A DNA stretch of 64,000 bases from Octopus vulgaris (Eukaryota), in NCBI GenBank assembly GCA_951406725.2, contig OX597824.1, positions 98,456,001-98,520,000 on the forward strand, read 5' to 3'. Below the pieces are notes generated by a model. That model worked only from the letters and a program-made list of their open reading frames with translations. It was not told where the DNA came from and searched no databases. Numbering within the stretch: position 1 is the first letter of the stretch; every line of letters starts with the position of its first letter. Made by a program: the position numbers and the translations under genes. Below are positions 1-13,629 of this stretch, in pieces.

Positions 1-78
1 ATTGAATTGTTTAATGGAGGTTTTTCTCTAAATTATATACATAACATACATACATACATACATACATACATACATACA

Positions 79-125
<47 letters not shown>

Positions 126-224
126 GGCAACCGAATAATTGTCACATATTACATTTACAGATAAATTCCTCTATTTACATAATATCGAGGTCTCTTTCAT
201 TCTCTTGTTGTCTTACCATTACTA

Positions 225-294
<70 letters not shown>

Positions 295-326
295 TGTATG
301 TATGTTTACACACAAACACACACATA

Positions 327-758
327 TCTTAATATAGATTTGAGTGATGTCTCTCTGTCCGTTACGCTTTTATGTTCGTTAACTCCTCCTAGACCGTGTG
401 CACAATGACAACGAGACTCAAACCAGCAACTCTCCTAATCCCAGAGAATGTCCTAAGGTGGAGGTCTGTATTTTTAAAGGCCGCCTAATTGGGGCTCCGC
501 CATTTTTACTGCATTTGAAACTAAATACATGGCATTGAGGAGCAAAATGAATTTCATGCCATGAACTCCCGGGGAGTATCGTATGGAGGTTCAATTTCTG
601 AAGAGCCGCTTAAATGGGGCCCCACTCACTATTTTTACTGCATTTACATCGCTCCCACGCTTATTGATTAAACTATGATCAGCATCGATGGTTCACACTT
701 TTGCAGAAATAAGTTTCATTACACAAGGGCAGCGGGCCGCGAATCGGGCCGATTGTAG
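327..758 (+). mobile_element. Putative non-autonomous Helitron
   Basis: Starts A|TC, with a 5' tgtctctctgtccg tract. It ends in a GC-rich imperfect hairpin (ggccgcgaatcgggcc, 735-750) followed by GTAG|T (canonical is CTRR|T). An internal motif gccgc..aa(t)tgggg..atttttactgcattt occurs twice. Confidence 0.5.
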
Positions 759-899
759 TACTGAATGCGTTAAAGGTGCCCTCCGCATGATCCAACGGGA
801 ACGCTGCTCGAAGGCTGGCTTCAAGGCTAATATGGATATATGACGTGACTGTGTGGCAAGAAATTGGCTTCCTAAGCACACGGTTACGGATTCAGTCAC

Positions 900-990
900 A
901 CTACGTAGCATCTTCTACTATTGCCTCGAGCCAACCAAAGCCTTGTGAGTGGATTTTGTTGACGGAAACCGAATGAAGCTCGTCGTATAT
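900..990 (+). mobile_element. Fragment of microsatellite-containing CORE-like tRNA SINE
   Basis: cttctactat..ccaaagccttgtgagtggattt..gacggaaac..gaagctcgtcgtatat matches the copies at 16271-16785, 45515-45985 and 63285-63668. Confidence 0.7.
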
Positions 991-1040
991 AGGATGTATG
1001 TATGTATATGTATCCATACATACATACATATATATATATA

Positions 1041-1505
<465 letters not shown>

Positions 1506-1531
1506 ATGGTATATATATTCCTATATATATA

Positions 1532-2154
1532 CTAGCTGAATAGCCCGTCGTTGCTGGGTAATTTTTACGTTAGAATGTCTTATATAAATAGGTCTCTTGA
1601 TCGGGACAGATTGGTGCAATTTTTCGCAAAATACTTCGTTGAAGATTATTTCCCTTTTAAAAATATTTACGTCTGTTCGACTCTTTCACGTGACTTTATT
1701 CATTAAAATCTTCAGAAGTTCCCACAACTTTGGTTGTCGTAAATCTTTGGTTTCGTTTGTTTAATAAAAATTCTTCTTCCTAATGATTTTATTTTCATTT
1801 TGTGATAGACAGCTATCATACAGAAAATGCCAGCTTCCAAATCCTGTTCTCTGATTAGGTAAAATTAATTAAACTTCAAACCTCAGTGACATTTTTCAGC
1901 AATTTTTCTGGAACGAATAAATGACAAAATCCAATTTAACGTGGAAAATAATTTCCATATACCAAACTTGACGTAATTTTAAAATTTCACAATGTGACAG
2001 CAACAGGGAAGACCCTACGAAAATAGAGACAGATAGTTGTAGGACGTCTCACACACATATACACACACACATACACACACAAATACAAACACATACACAC
2101 ACATTTACAAACGTACACACAGGTAATCACGAATTTAGAATAGTGTATAGTAGA
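1532..2154 (-). mobile_element. Non-autonomous Helitron
   Basis: The minus-strand 3' end reads cccagcaacgacggg (hairpin) - ctattcag - CTAG|T at 1531-1558. The candidate 5' TC end is at 2154 (tctactatacactattctaaattc), followed by a GT-rich tract. Confidence 0.65.
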
Positions 2155-2857
2155 CATATGTATGTATGTATGTACGTATGTATGTATATAATGTATGTGT
2201 GTGAGTGTTTCTTTGCGTTGGACAGCAGAAAAGCTACCCCTCTTTCCTTAAAGCTACGTATTCCTCACACCCACTTTTCCCTTCCTCGGCGTTTTAAAAG
2301 TTACTTGTGTGTATGTGCATGTGTGTTGCTGCCGTGTTTGTGTGAGTGAGTGAGCGCGCGTGCGTGTGTGTGTATACATGTATTATGTATTTACAAAAGT
2401 ATGTATGCAGCGTAGCGTGTATATCCCTAAATGACAGCTGTATTAACATTATTATCCCACTGCAACTCCATATTTGTCGTTTACATGTGTGTGTGCTAGA
2501 GTGTGGTGTCGTGTGGTGCGTGTGTGTGTATGTACATGTGCATGTGCTCATGCTTCGTATGGCTGTGCATGGGCACATGCATGAATATTTATGCTTATAA
2601 ATTTGCACGTGGACATGAAAAAATTAAAGAATTAATCAGTTCATTGTGAATGAAACTTCTAATTCAAATTAACCTAATCAAGTCATGGTCAACCCCGCTT
2701 CCTGGGCTAATACATGGGAGACAACAATTAGGATTTTCATATAAGTTGTCTCCCACGATCTATGTATTTATCCGAAAATCCCGTACAATCTCGTGTAATC
2801 TCGTATATTCTCATCCAAGATGGACATACGTATCAACGCTAGACAATTGTTGAGAGA

Positions 2858-2909
<52 letters not shown>

Positions 2910-3006
2910 GTGTGTGTGATTGTGTATAGAAGAATATATTAATAAAAAGAATTAACTTGTCTGATTTTCACGTTTTATTTACAATCTTATAATGATATAT
3001 TATAAG

Positions 3007-3042
<36 letters not shown>

Positions 3043-3056
3043 CAGTCATGTGACTG

Positions 3057-3108
<52 letters not shown>

Positions 3109-3577
3109 GGGTGGGGTGGTATGTGTGCGTGTGTATATCATCTCAATACGCAAGAAACGTTTTTTCTCGACTGTGTTAAATCTTAAAAAACAATATCAGC
3201 CATTTTGTTAGTCTCCTTCCTAACACCCTCCATTTCCGGTTACTTCCTGCACCCCCCCTCAATTCCTTCTTGCCTGGTCCTCCACTTTCTCGTCACAACA
3301 AATTTCAATTAGCGTTAATTTATTGCATTCATTTTACTACATTTATCAGTTTTTATTACCTTTCATCATTCAAAATTCGTCATCATTCACCATCGTTTGA
3401 TTTGTCTCATTTATTCATCACTCATTCAACTTCATTCATTGTTTTTTAATTTAACTTGCAACTTTCCTTCCGTCATTTATTTTTACTCCAACATATTTCA
3501 CTCATCTTCCAGTCGAACGCTCATTCATCTGAATACACATTGGCACCTTCACGTTTCAACGCGCGCCTGAGGGGCTC

Positions 3578-3714
<137 letters not shown>

Positions 3715-3785
3715 AAACATCGGCGTCCACCACTGCAACGACATCGACAGCATCAGCATCATCATTATCAACAACATTAATAAGA

Positions 3786-3998
3786 CGGCGAGCTGGCAGA
3801 AACGTTAGCACGCCGGGCGAAATCCTAAGCGGCATTTCGCCCATCTTTATGTTCTGAGTTCAAATTCCGACGAATCATCTTTGCCTTTCATCCATTCGGG
3901 GTCGATAAATTAAGTACCAGTTACGCACTGGGGTCTATGTAATCGACTATCCCCTCCCCCAAATTTCAGGCATTGTGCTTATAGTAGAAATGATTATT
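3786..3998 (+). mobile_element. tRNA-derived SINE with Meta/MESC-like central domain
   Basis: ggcgagctggcagaaacgttagcacgccgggc..ctgagttcaaattcc (B box)..tttgcctttcatcc.ttcggggtcgataaattaagtaccag. More than 10 copies occur in this window. Confidence 0.85.
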
Positions 3999-4022
3999 AA
4001 TAAAAGCAACAATGTGCTTCTA

Positions 4023-4200
4023 TGTGGTCGTTCGCTCTACATGAAATGGCAGCTAAATTTCTATCAAATCACGCTCTGCAGGACACACTTTCCGATGAAC
4101 CCCTTTATATAATAATAGTTGATGGTCATGACTGGAACATAGCTTTGTTCATAGCTGGTGCAAGGTTGAGCAGCGACTAAATGATAACAGCAACAACAAC
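4023..4200 (+). mobile_element. Old ~190-bp interspersed repeat with (CAA)n tail
   Basis: aaatagcagctaaat..aaatcac..gatggtca..ggaa..tttgatcatag..aaacaacaac recurs at ~14825-15020, 24262-24445, 29880-30060, 30430-30625 and 41720-41830. Confidence 0.6.
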
Positions 4201-5510
4201 AAGACTATCATCGTAAAGACAACGATAGTTACACCAATAACAACTACAACAATAACACCATCAAACAATAACAACTACAGCAACAATAACAAGAACTTTA
4301 TTCTGAATCTGTGCGTTCTGAGTTCAAATCAGGCTAAGGTGAACTTTTGCTTTTATCTTTTCGAGGGTTAAAAAAAAATCCCAATCGCGGAAAGTTGGAT
4401 TAGCTGAAGAGTAGGAAACGTCGGACACTTTTGTGGTATTTGCTCCGGTTCCTTGCTTTCTGAGTTTATGACTTTCCAGCCATGGCCTACACAAAGCGGA
4501 GACTTAATCCCTTTAATGATTCCCTCCTCCTCTCACCTGGTGCCTTGGGTGTCCTGAAGTAGGTCCCCTCTGTTGCAAGCACTCAGACGGATCCGGTTTC
4601 CGGTCTTAAGATACCTTCTTCACTCTTAAACACCCACCCACCAATCTAAGAGACCCTGCATCGGGTCCCATGGTGACCGTCTTCTATCTCCACTAGAACA
4701 GGGAAATAACAGAATCGTTGTCAATAGTAACAACAACAACAAGAGCAACGTGGTAAGCAACAACCCACGTAATCACTAACCAGCCAACGAGATATCACAC
4801 GTAAGTCTCGCGCAAAAAAAAAAAAATTAAAAAATAAAGCACCGAGTGAGGCCATTGGTTGGATTTGGTTGGCGCCATATTTTTCTTTTTCCTCTTCATT
4901 CGTTCGTTCGTTCGTTCGTTTGTCTGGCTCATGTATCAACACGTGAGCTGCAGGGAGAACGAGGCGGACGCTTAAAAATGACAACACAAACAACACACAA
5001 CACATTGCTTTATTCCTCCAACCACTACCACCACCACCACCATCACCACCATCATAATCTATCTCTCTCCCTTTTTCTTGCGCGCTCTCTCCCTCCTTCT
5101 CTGTCTCTCTCCGTCTCTCTCTCTCTTTTGTCGCTCTCTGATCCCCTCTTTCTCAAATTCTCTCTCTCTCCTCTCCTCTCTCTCTCTCTTTATCGACATC
5201 ATCATCATCAACAACTACGTTGAACGATTGCTAATCATGAATGAAAATTTTCCTTTCTCTTTCCACATCGTTCACAATAGAAAGTAAATTTTACTACCAC
5301 AGGTACTCAGTATGCACACCACTGTAATCGATACTCTCAGACACACAAACACACATACTCACATGCACTCACACACATACGCGTGTATGTACGTATGTAT
5401 ACATATATATATATATATATATATACACGTATGCGTGTATGTATGTATGTATGTATGCATGCATGTGTGAACGCATGTATGTATATACATACACACACAT
5501 ACACACACAT

Positions 5511-5575
<65 letters not shown>

Positions 5576-6767
5576 TAATAAATATATATATATATTTATA
5601 CTCACATCTACTAAATATGTGGTGTGAGTAGGCGTTGCATGTAGGCGCGTAGGAGGCCGACATTGCGGTTGATGACCTGACCTGTATGCAGCGCCGCGTG
5701 ACCTCCACAACTGGTCGAGCGTAATTTTGTGTTTAGTATCACACCTCTTAAAATTTACTCGTATAAAATTTAATTGTGTCACATATATATTTGTTACAAA
5801 GTAAAGCAAAGAAATTCTGAACATCCAGTAATTGTTTTAGCAATTCTTGTTAATTTCATCTCCAAATTTTAAGAGGCACCGTAACCCCAAAGAAAGGTAC
5901 CTTCGATCAGTTGTGGATACGGCACTGCTGCGAACCCAAACCCGTAATATAGCCCTTCTCTCCTCTCTAGATACACATCTACAGACCGGATCCCACCTTC
6001 CATCTCTTCACCCTGCCACCTTTTCACTAAAACGCACTTCCGCACGTGAAAGATTGCTGAAAACTTCTGGATACCTAAGTTCACAGGTAATTACCAGCTA
6101 CCTACATAAATCCTACTAGGAATTAGACCGAAACTCAGCCAAACCAGAAAAATAATAGCAATCTCCGAGCCATGGCTAGCAACCACCTTGTGATGGGGGT
6201 CATGATAAAAATACTGCTGAAATAAAGAGGCCTCATGAATCGAATGAAGAGAATATGGGATGAAAAAAGAAGTTTTGAAGGATCCACCCAGTGTCTGATA
6301 GACGAAGCAATAGCAATCCGTAGGAACGGGTGGATTACCGGAGTAGAGAGTAGAGAAATTCGGGAAAAGATAAAAATTAAGAGCAGAAGGAGAGTGAAAC
6401 AGCAATAACAGAAAGCTATAATAAAAGGATAAAAGATAAAGATATGAAGAAGACCGACACCATCATTTTCACCCTTGCTTCGCTCCTAAAAGTGATGAGT
6501 ATCTTAAATTTTCCCCAAAAGTGCCTGAACACCAGCCACACATAAGCAAAACCTTCAAGTGTACGCTGCATCAATTCTCCTTCTTAAATAACTGCGAAAT
6601 CAGCCCAAAAACGTTAGCTGCACGTCCACCAACGTTCTATTCTCTATAACATACCAACTCTGCCGTGCCCTGCGTCTGTATTTACTTATGTCCAGACCCA
6701 CTGGATTTTATTGGTGATTTCTTGATTTGTATTTTGATAAATGTATGACTAAGGAATGTTTAATATA

Positions 6768-8263
6768 CAGTAGCGGCCATAATATGAGGGTTAGTAAGAA
6801 CAAATGTATTGAAATATTTATTATAGAAGATTAACAAAGCGCTGATACTAGGTATTTTACATATATTTAGATATATCTAAAATCTATCTTTTGTGAAAAT
6901 TTCAAGTGAATGGAATAAATATTTCGTAAGTTACGAGGAAATAAACAAATAAGCTTCCAAATTGCAGCGGCCAAAAGTTAAGGGTCACTTAGAAAAACAA
7001 AAAACAATGAAAAATGGAACAAGAACAAAAAAGAAACCCTTACTATTAACATTTTGTGAACATCCCTTTACTATCAATGACCTCCTGACATCTGTTAGCA
7101 CAGGCTTGAATTAATTTCTTGTAAAATGGTGGAGTAATATTATTCCATTCGTTTTCAATAATTCCCAGAGTTCATCTTTGTTCTTTGGATTCCTCCTTCG
7201 CGCCCCTTCTCCAATAATCTTCTGCAGGGTTGAGATCGGGACTCCGAGGTGGCCAGTCCATGAGATGAACCCCTTCGTCACTCGGGATCGGGATCGTTGT
7301 GCTGCACGGAGATAGGAGGTTGAACTGACGGGGATCAGAGGTGTGGAAGGGCATGCTGTCTAAGGATCTGCTTATAGGTTTCAACCGTGACAGTCCCTTG
7401 TAGGCGAATGAGTTGATGAGGACCAGCGGCAGGGATCACTCACCATTACATTGCCTCCTCCATATTTCACTGTCTTCTCCACACATGCACGAGATAACCT
7501 TTCGCCACTTCTTCATCAGACATACATCCCGCCATCAGAGCCAGTCACATTAAACTTCAGTTTATCGCTAAAGTGAACCTGCGAGTACTTCTATCCAAAC
7601 GACATGTTTGTGAGTGAAACGAAGATGGACTCTTTGATTCTTCTTGGAGATCAGAGGTTTCTTTGCCGGTGCCCAAGCATGCAGCCCTGAACCTCGTAGC
7701 CCCCGAGAAACTGTTTTGCGCGATACGTTGACTTCGGAAGTGGAGTAAAACTCGCAGGATATCTCAGTGACATTATAACCATAATATGATCTTGTCTTGG
7801 TGAAGTTTTATAAGATTTACCGGTTTGGGGTTTAGCATCTGTTGATCCTGATGACTTAAAACGAACTGCAATTCGTTGCACATCACTTCTGGGCCTTCCT
7901 ACAATAGTTGCTATCACAGAATCTGACTTTCCCTCTTGGTGAAGGCACACAATCCTTTGTTTTTCATCACAGGACACTAGCAGTCTCTCACAAGCCGCCA
8001 TGTTTACAGTTGAATGTTCCAATAATGTAAGATCATAAGAATGAACTGTTAACCCATGAACAGTCTTCTAAACAACAAATACCTCGGTTAGTAGTTCATT
8101 CTTTCTAAGTGACGCTTGACTTTTGGTCACTGCAATTTAGAAGATTGTTAATTTCCTCATAACTTACGAAATATTTATTCCATTCACTTGAAGGATAGAT
8201 ATTAGATATATCTAAACATGTGCAAAATATCTAACCTCAATGTGTTATTAATCTTCTACAAAT
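6768..8263 (-). mobile_element. Tc1-family DNA transposon, defective, long IR/DR-type inverted repeats
   Basis: TA|CAG terminus at 6766-6770. The left IR (6768-6996) matches the right IR (8101-8263, outer end truncated) in inverted orientation. Minus-strand transposase: HTH region (ORF 7651-8022), ..YKQILRQHALP..QHND.. and WPPRSPDLNPAEDYW, broken by stops and frameshifts. Confidence 0.9.
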
Positions 8264-8564
8264 GCTTTTAGATCAGATCTCAATGCTGGATGTTCAAAAA
8301 CCAAATGAAGGACAGATTTTCAATCCCGAGATCACTCTGGTTCCAAATAAGTATACGTCTATGAAGAGCAAATATAGGGTGAGGTACAGGGGTCCTGGAT
8401 AGACAGAATTTCGCCTTTATTGATATGGAAGCAATTCTGAAAATAGTAATAAGTTAACAAAGTTTTTAAAATGCTTTTTCGTGTTACGTCGTTATTCGAG
8501 TTATCGCTTGTCTTGGCATCAGTTGCAGACATAAGTTGAAGTATACTTGCGCGCACGCGCATGT

Positions 8565-8666
<102 letters not shown>

Positions 8667-8669
8667 GTA

Positions 8670-9050
8670 TAGGCTCAGGCATGGCCGTGTGATTAATAAG
8701 GTTAGCTTCGTAATCACTCGTTTTGGGGTTCAGTCCCATAACGCCTCATCTTGGGACAGTGTCTTCGTTTATAGCCCTGGGCTAACCAAAGCTTTTAAAA
8801 AGAAACTACGTACAAGCCTGTGGCATACGTGTGTGTGTGTCTGGGGTCGGTGAGTGGTTGTTTGAGTATGTATGCAACACTTGTAATAACAAGCGGTGTT
8901 GCTTTGCTTACGTTCCCATGACTTAGCGGTTTGACAAAATAAAATAAGTATCAGAATTAAAAAGAATAAGGGACTTATCCTTAAATTTTTCGGCCAAACC
9001 ATTCACAGCGGTGCCCCAGCTTGGGCACAATCTTATGACTGAATTGCATA
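8670..9050 (+). mobile_element. CORE-like tRNA SINE with internal microsatellite
   Basis: ggcatggccgtgtgattaataag..ggggttcagtccca..cttgggacagtgtctt..atagcc..gacttagcggtttgacaaaa..ccccagc..atgactgaa. Confidence 0.7.
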
Positions 9051-9096
9051 CATAAATACGTATATTCATACATACGTATGTGTTTCTACACATATA

Positions 9097-9151
<55 letters not shown>

Positions 9152-9164
9152 GTATGTATGTATG

Positions 9165-9200
<36 letters not shown>

Positions 9201-9677
9201 ACGTAGTTTGTATATATATATGAGTGTATGCATATGTCTGTATATTTCTATAGTTAAAGATTTATACTGACTTATGTGTATAACTCAGACATACGTGTCT
9301 CAGGGCGGGCATGCGCATGAATGTGTGTACGTGTATGTGTGTGTACGTGTGTGTGTGTATACGTGTGTGTGTGTGTATATGTGTAAATGCTTTTATACGC
9401 ATGCATGTGTAATGAGACTTTTATACGGATGTATAATTATTCTTTTGTGCTGGAATGAGAAGAGATAACTTTCAATGCTTGCGTCGATAGCGTTGCTGGA
9501 TACGTGGGCGGCAGCACTGTACAACGTACGCGCCATATAACACAGCCTATACAACACACACACACACACGCACACGCACACATACACATACACATACACA
9601 CATACACACATACATAGATGCAGCATAAATATATGCTTGCATACATACGACTTACTACATACCTAAATACCTATACA

Positions 9678-9741
<64 letters not shown>

Positions 9742-10883
9742 AATCTCTTTCTCCCTCTCTCTTTTCCTCCCTCTCTCGCTTTCTCTCTCTCTCTCACTCT
9801 GTCCATTTATATATATATATACATATATAGAATAGATAGATATATAGATGTAATGTGTATGCAGCATAATATATATATATGTGTGTGTGTGTGCGTGTGT
9901 GTATACGTATGTATCAAAACACACACACACACACATACACCCTATTATACATGCACAGGCGGGCGCGTGTATATATATCGATGTATATAATTATTCCGAA
10001 GCAGCGCCATTAGATAAGTTGGGTTCGTCAATGGCAAGATTACGTGGGTGTCAGCTATTTTGTCTGTCACACTATAAATACTTCAATTTGATTAGTTATT
10101 GGAGTTTAGAGGCTTGTTGGCATGGTATTACTGGTTGCTGGTGGTGGTGGTGGTGGTGGTGGTGGTGGCAGTAGCGGTTGTAGCAGCGGTGGTGGCGGTG
10201 GTAGCATTGGTAACTAGCCATTGTTATTTCTAATATTTGCGTAGGTGGCTTTGGCAACGCTTTTGTTGTGTTTGTACTGATTGGTGTTGTTGTTGTTGTT
10301 GTTAACCTAATTGTCATGTGATTTTGAGATGTGGGACTGTTGGTGTGGTGTAGTTTTACACTGATGGTAATGGTGATGGTGATGATGATGATGATGATGA
10401 TGATGATGACGATGATGACGACGACGATGATGATGATGATGATGAAGGGTGATGGTGATGGTGGTGGTGATGCGTAGGAGGTGGACAGTGATATTTGAAA
10501 ACGACAGCGGTGCTGATGTACCCTTATCTTGCAGTCTGCCCCTAACCCCGAAAGATGTGGCCTACAGATTCATCTCCCCAGTTCTACCATGTCTCCTTCA
10601 TGTTAAGGACAGCCCCAGACCATGTTTGAGGTCGAGAGGTGATTGTGTTGACCTTTATTTCTATAATCCCCCTCAAATACGACCAACTCTGCCATGCAAC
10701 AACGGATCGGCTGAGTTACACTACGACAGCCTGCACAGTCAATTTCTGGTCAAGTAGATCTATGGCTATAAGCATTTCAGCCTTGGCCATCCCATCTTTT
10801 CTTTTCTTGTATTCCCCATTTGGGCCCCCAACTTAGAGAGGTTGCAGTGATCCTGATATACGGCTTGTTTTTTACATTTTAAA

Positions 10884-10947
10884 CTTTACGTGCCAATCCC
10901 TCTCTCTTATTCCGGAGGGAATAAGAGAGAGGGATTGGCACGTAAAG
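10884..10947. repeat. Perfect 30-bp inverted repeat with 4-nt loop
   Basis: ctttacgtgccaatccctctctcttattcc - ggag - ggaataagagagagggattggcacgtaaag. Confidence 0.95.
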
Positions 10948-10989
10948 CTTACAAAGACAGATGGAAAGCTAGCTAGCTAGCTAGCTAGC

Positions 10990-10990
<1 letters not shown>

Positions 10991-11084
<94 letters not shown>
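10991..11084. repeat. (GATA)n microsatellite, preceded by (GCTA)n
   Basis: Direct reading; another (GATA)n lies at 13508-13628. Confidence 0.97.
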
Positions 11085-11085
<1 letters not shown>

Positions 11086-11245
11086 AAAAGTGTGTGTGAG
11101 AGAGATAGAGAGGGAGAGAAAGAGAGAGAGAGAAGATTTGACCCTAATACTCGACAGGTACTTTATTTAACGACTCCGAAAATATGAAAAGTAAAGTTAA
11201 TCTAAGCGAAATTGAAACTCACAAAGAGGAGAGTCGGGACACATA

Positions 11246-11291
11246 CTGCCAACTCTCCAATGGCTGCCAACTCTCTAATGGCTGCCAACTC
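11246..11291. repeat. 18-bp tandem repeat, ~2.6 copies
   Basis: ctgccaactctccaatgg ctgccaactctctaatgg ctgccaactc. Confidence 0.9.
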
Positions 11292-12214
11292 ACTGTCTTT
11301 TATGCAAGGAACAGTGAATCACGTCACCCAACCTGCTTATTTCTAAGACAGCTGGTTGTGAACTGAAGGTGATTTAACAGATTCCTTTAGCAGGTCGAGT
11401 GACCCCATCGAGTCTCCTTCATTGATTGATGCAGAGAACCCGTGACACCCAATAAGTTTTATGTGTATAATGCGGATTTCTTCATCTCACTACCTGACGT
11501 TCTCGGAAGATCTTACATGTTGCAGTCTTTTTTTGTTTTTGCATTATCTGCTGGAAGGAAGAAGCCAAAATTATTTTTCGTATTGAGTTCCTGTCTTTGT
11601 GTATTTTTGGAGATTCATTTCTGAGAAACCGTATTTATTCGTTCTTAATACGTTCTGCGGATTCGAGCGTGAATATCTTTGGCTTTTCGGTGTCGGAGAA
11701 CACCTCCTCCTTGTGCACCTTCATGTTCATTGTACAAGCGATTCATTGTGTTTCTTCAGATAAAGCTCTCCTTGTTCTGCCAATCAATTTAACAAGAGCA
11801 CAAGATGCTTGTTTACAAAAATTACCAAACAAATCATTTGTTTATGTGAGTTGATGTCTGTCAGAACAGACAATAATTTATGAGTCACACCACGGTGTCT
11901 CAAAGTTCCTTTATACCTGTGAATATTCTAAAATGGCGAGATGTTCTCTGATGAAGGAAAACAACAGTGATCAGACGATCATATTGGAATCAACCAGAAT
12001 CTAATATTAAGAATGGACAAATACGTTATTGTTTGGGTTCTCGCTGTTCTGCGTACATCTCAAGAATTATCAGCTTAGAAGGAACTTTACTTGGCATTAT
12101 TTTGTGTGTGTGTCTGTGTGTTGTTGTTGTGCGTGTGTGTGTGCGTTTGTAGATGTTATTAGAGGTTGTTTTTGACATGGCATCTGGCGAGGCCATTGCT
12201 GTCGTCGTCGTCGT

Positions 12215-12296
12215 CTTCTTCTTCTTCTTCTTCTTCTTCTTCTTCTTCTTCTTCTTCTTCTTCTTCTTCTTCTTCTTCTTTTTCTTCTTCTTCTTC
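12215..12296. repeat. (CTT)n microsatellite
   Basis: Direct reading; a longer one lies at 46750-46883. Confidence 0.97.
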
Positions 12297-12464
12297 AAAT
12301 CAGGACTCACGCCATTAGTCACAAAGAACAGTCTCTAATTCGAGCCTACTCTAAGCTACTAAGAATGCGTGTGGCAACTTGAAGATCCACCCATCACACG
12401 CGATAGAATGGCGGTTGCACGGACGCGAAAGCTACGTTGTTATCCTCATTCCGTAAACGGTGGC

Positions 12465-12779
12465 TTTTAACGGGTGGAGAGCTGAACCATTCTGGGGTAC
12501 AGAGGATTCGCAATCTAGACTAGGGTCTGAAAGTTTAACATACCATAGTGGGTTACACCATGGTTCCTCTGCTTTGTGGCAGAAGTAGAAAGAAAGAGTG
12601 AGAGAAAGTTGTGGTGAAAGAGTACAGCGGGGTTCACCCCCCACCCCCACCCCGCCGGAGCCTCGTGGAGCTTAGGTGTTTTGCTCAATAAATACTCACA
12701 ATGCCCGGTCTGGGAATCGAAACCGGGTTCTTACGACCGCAAGTCCGCTGCCTTAACCACTGGGCCATTGCGCCTCCAC
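12465..12779 (-). mobile_element. tRNA-derived SINE (probably octopus OR-type)
   Basis: Minus strand gtggaggcgcaatggcccagtggttaaggcagcggac..ggtttcgattcccagaccggg (A and B boxes). A second copy lies at 38790-39154. Confidence 0.8.
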
Positions 12780-13519
12780 TGTTGTTGTTGACAGTGATGA
12801 TAATGATGATGCTAATAACACTAACATGATATTATAAAACATCAGCGTTGTGCTATTTTATGTCCCATACCAATGTTTGCTGGTTTTTCCTGTTTTTCTC
12901 TAAAACGTCTCCATTTCCTTCTTATTTCCTTATTTAGCTTTAATCCTTCAACGTTTATTCCTGCGGTTTATTTGCGGTTCTGGTGTTGATGCATTTCACA
13001 CGCTTCTGTTTTGCTTCCCTGTGAAATCCACCATTTCTGGCGCGGACCTGCCGTTCTGTTGCCTGTTCTATGGCCTTTTTCCTTTTTTTTTATATTACCT
13101 GCAGGAATATATTTTTAGATTAGTCTATAATTAGTCTACAATTAGTCCACAGTTAATTATGGTGATCAATATTTGAGCCGCAGCAGGTATTTTAGTGATT
13201 GCTGGGGAATTCTGGAAAGTTTGAATATATTTCTTCGGAACAGGTTTCCTGTGGGAGGAGGAGGAAGAGGAGGAGGAGGAGGAGGAGGAAGAGGAGGAGG
13301 AGGAGGAGGAGGAGGAGGAGTGGGGGAAGGGGGGAAGATGGCGGTGGAAGGGGAAGGGGAGGGGAAAGAGAAGGTTTTAAGTTGTTTTTCTGCTCTAAAT
13401 TAATATTTGTACTGTTAAGACAATTACTCGGTGCTAACACAAACAACACACTCACTAATTATACAGTGCTCCCGTCACGGGCTAAAGTACCTTCTCGTAG
13501 TACTTACAGATAGATAGAT

Positions 13520-13554
<35 letters not shown>

Positions 13555-13555
13555 G

Positions 13556-13628
<73 letters not shown>

Positions 13629-13629
13629 T

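Noticed and set aside
4404-4426. CTGAAGA-gtag-GAAAC-GTC hammerhead-like string (similar strings at 24348, 44416, 51821)
   Set aside because: Stem II or stem I pairing is missing, or there is no GAAA; likely chance matches.
5850-6700. Possible Penelope N-terminal remnants (also 40930-41250 and 44370-45090)
   Set aside because: Composition is suggestive, but I could not read a diagnostic motif.
7285-7440. Apparent foreign insert in the Tc1 transposase
   Set aside because: Another minus-strand frame reads as normal Tc1 catalytic-domain sequence (AAGP..LIRLQG.V..YKQIL..QHND).
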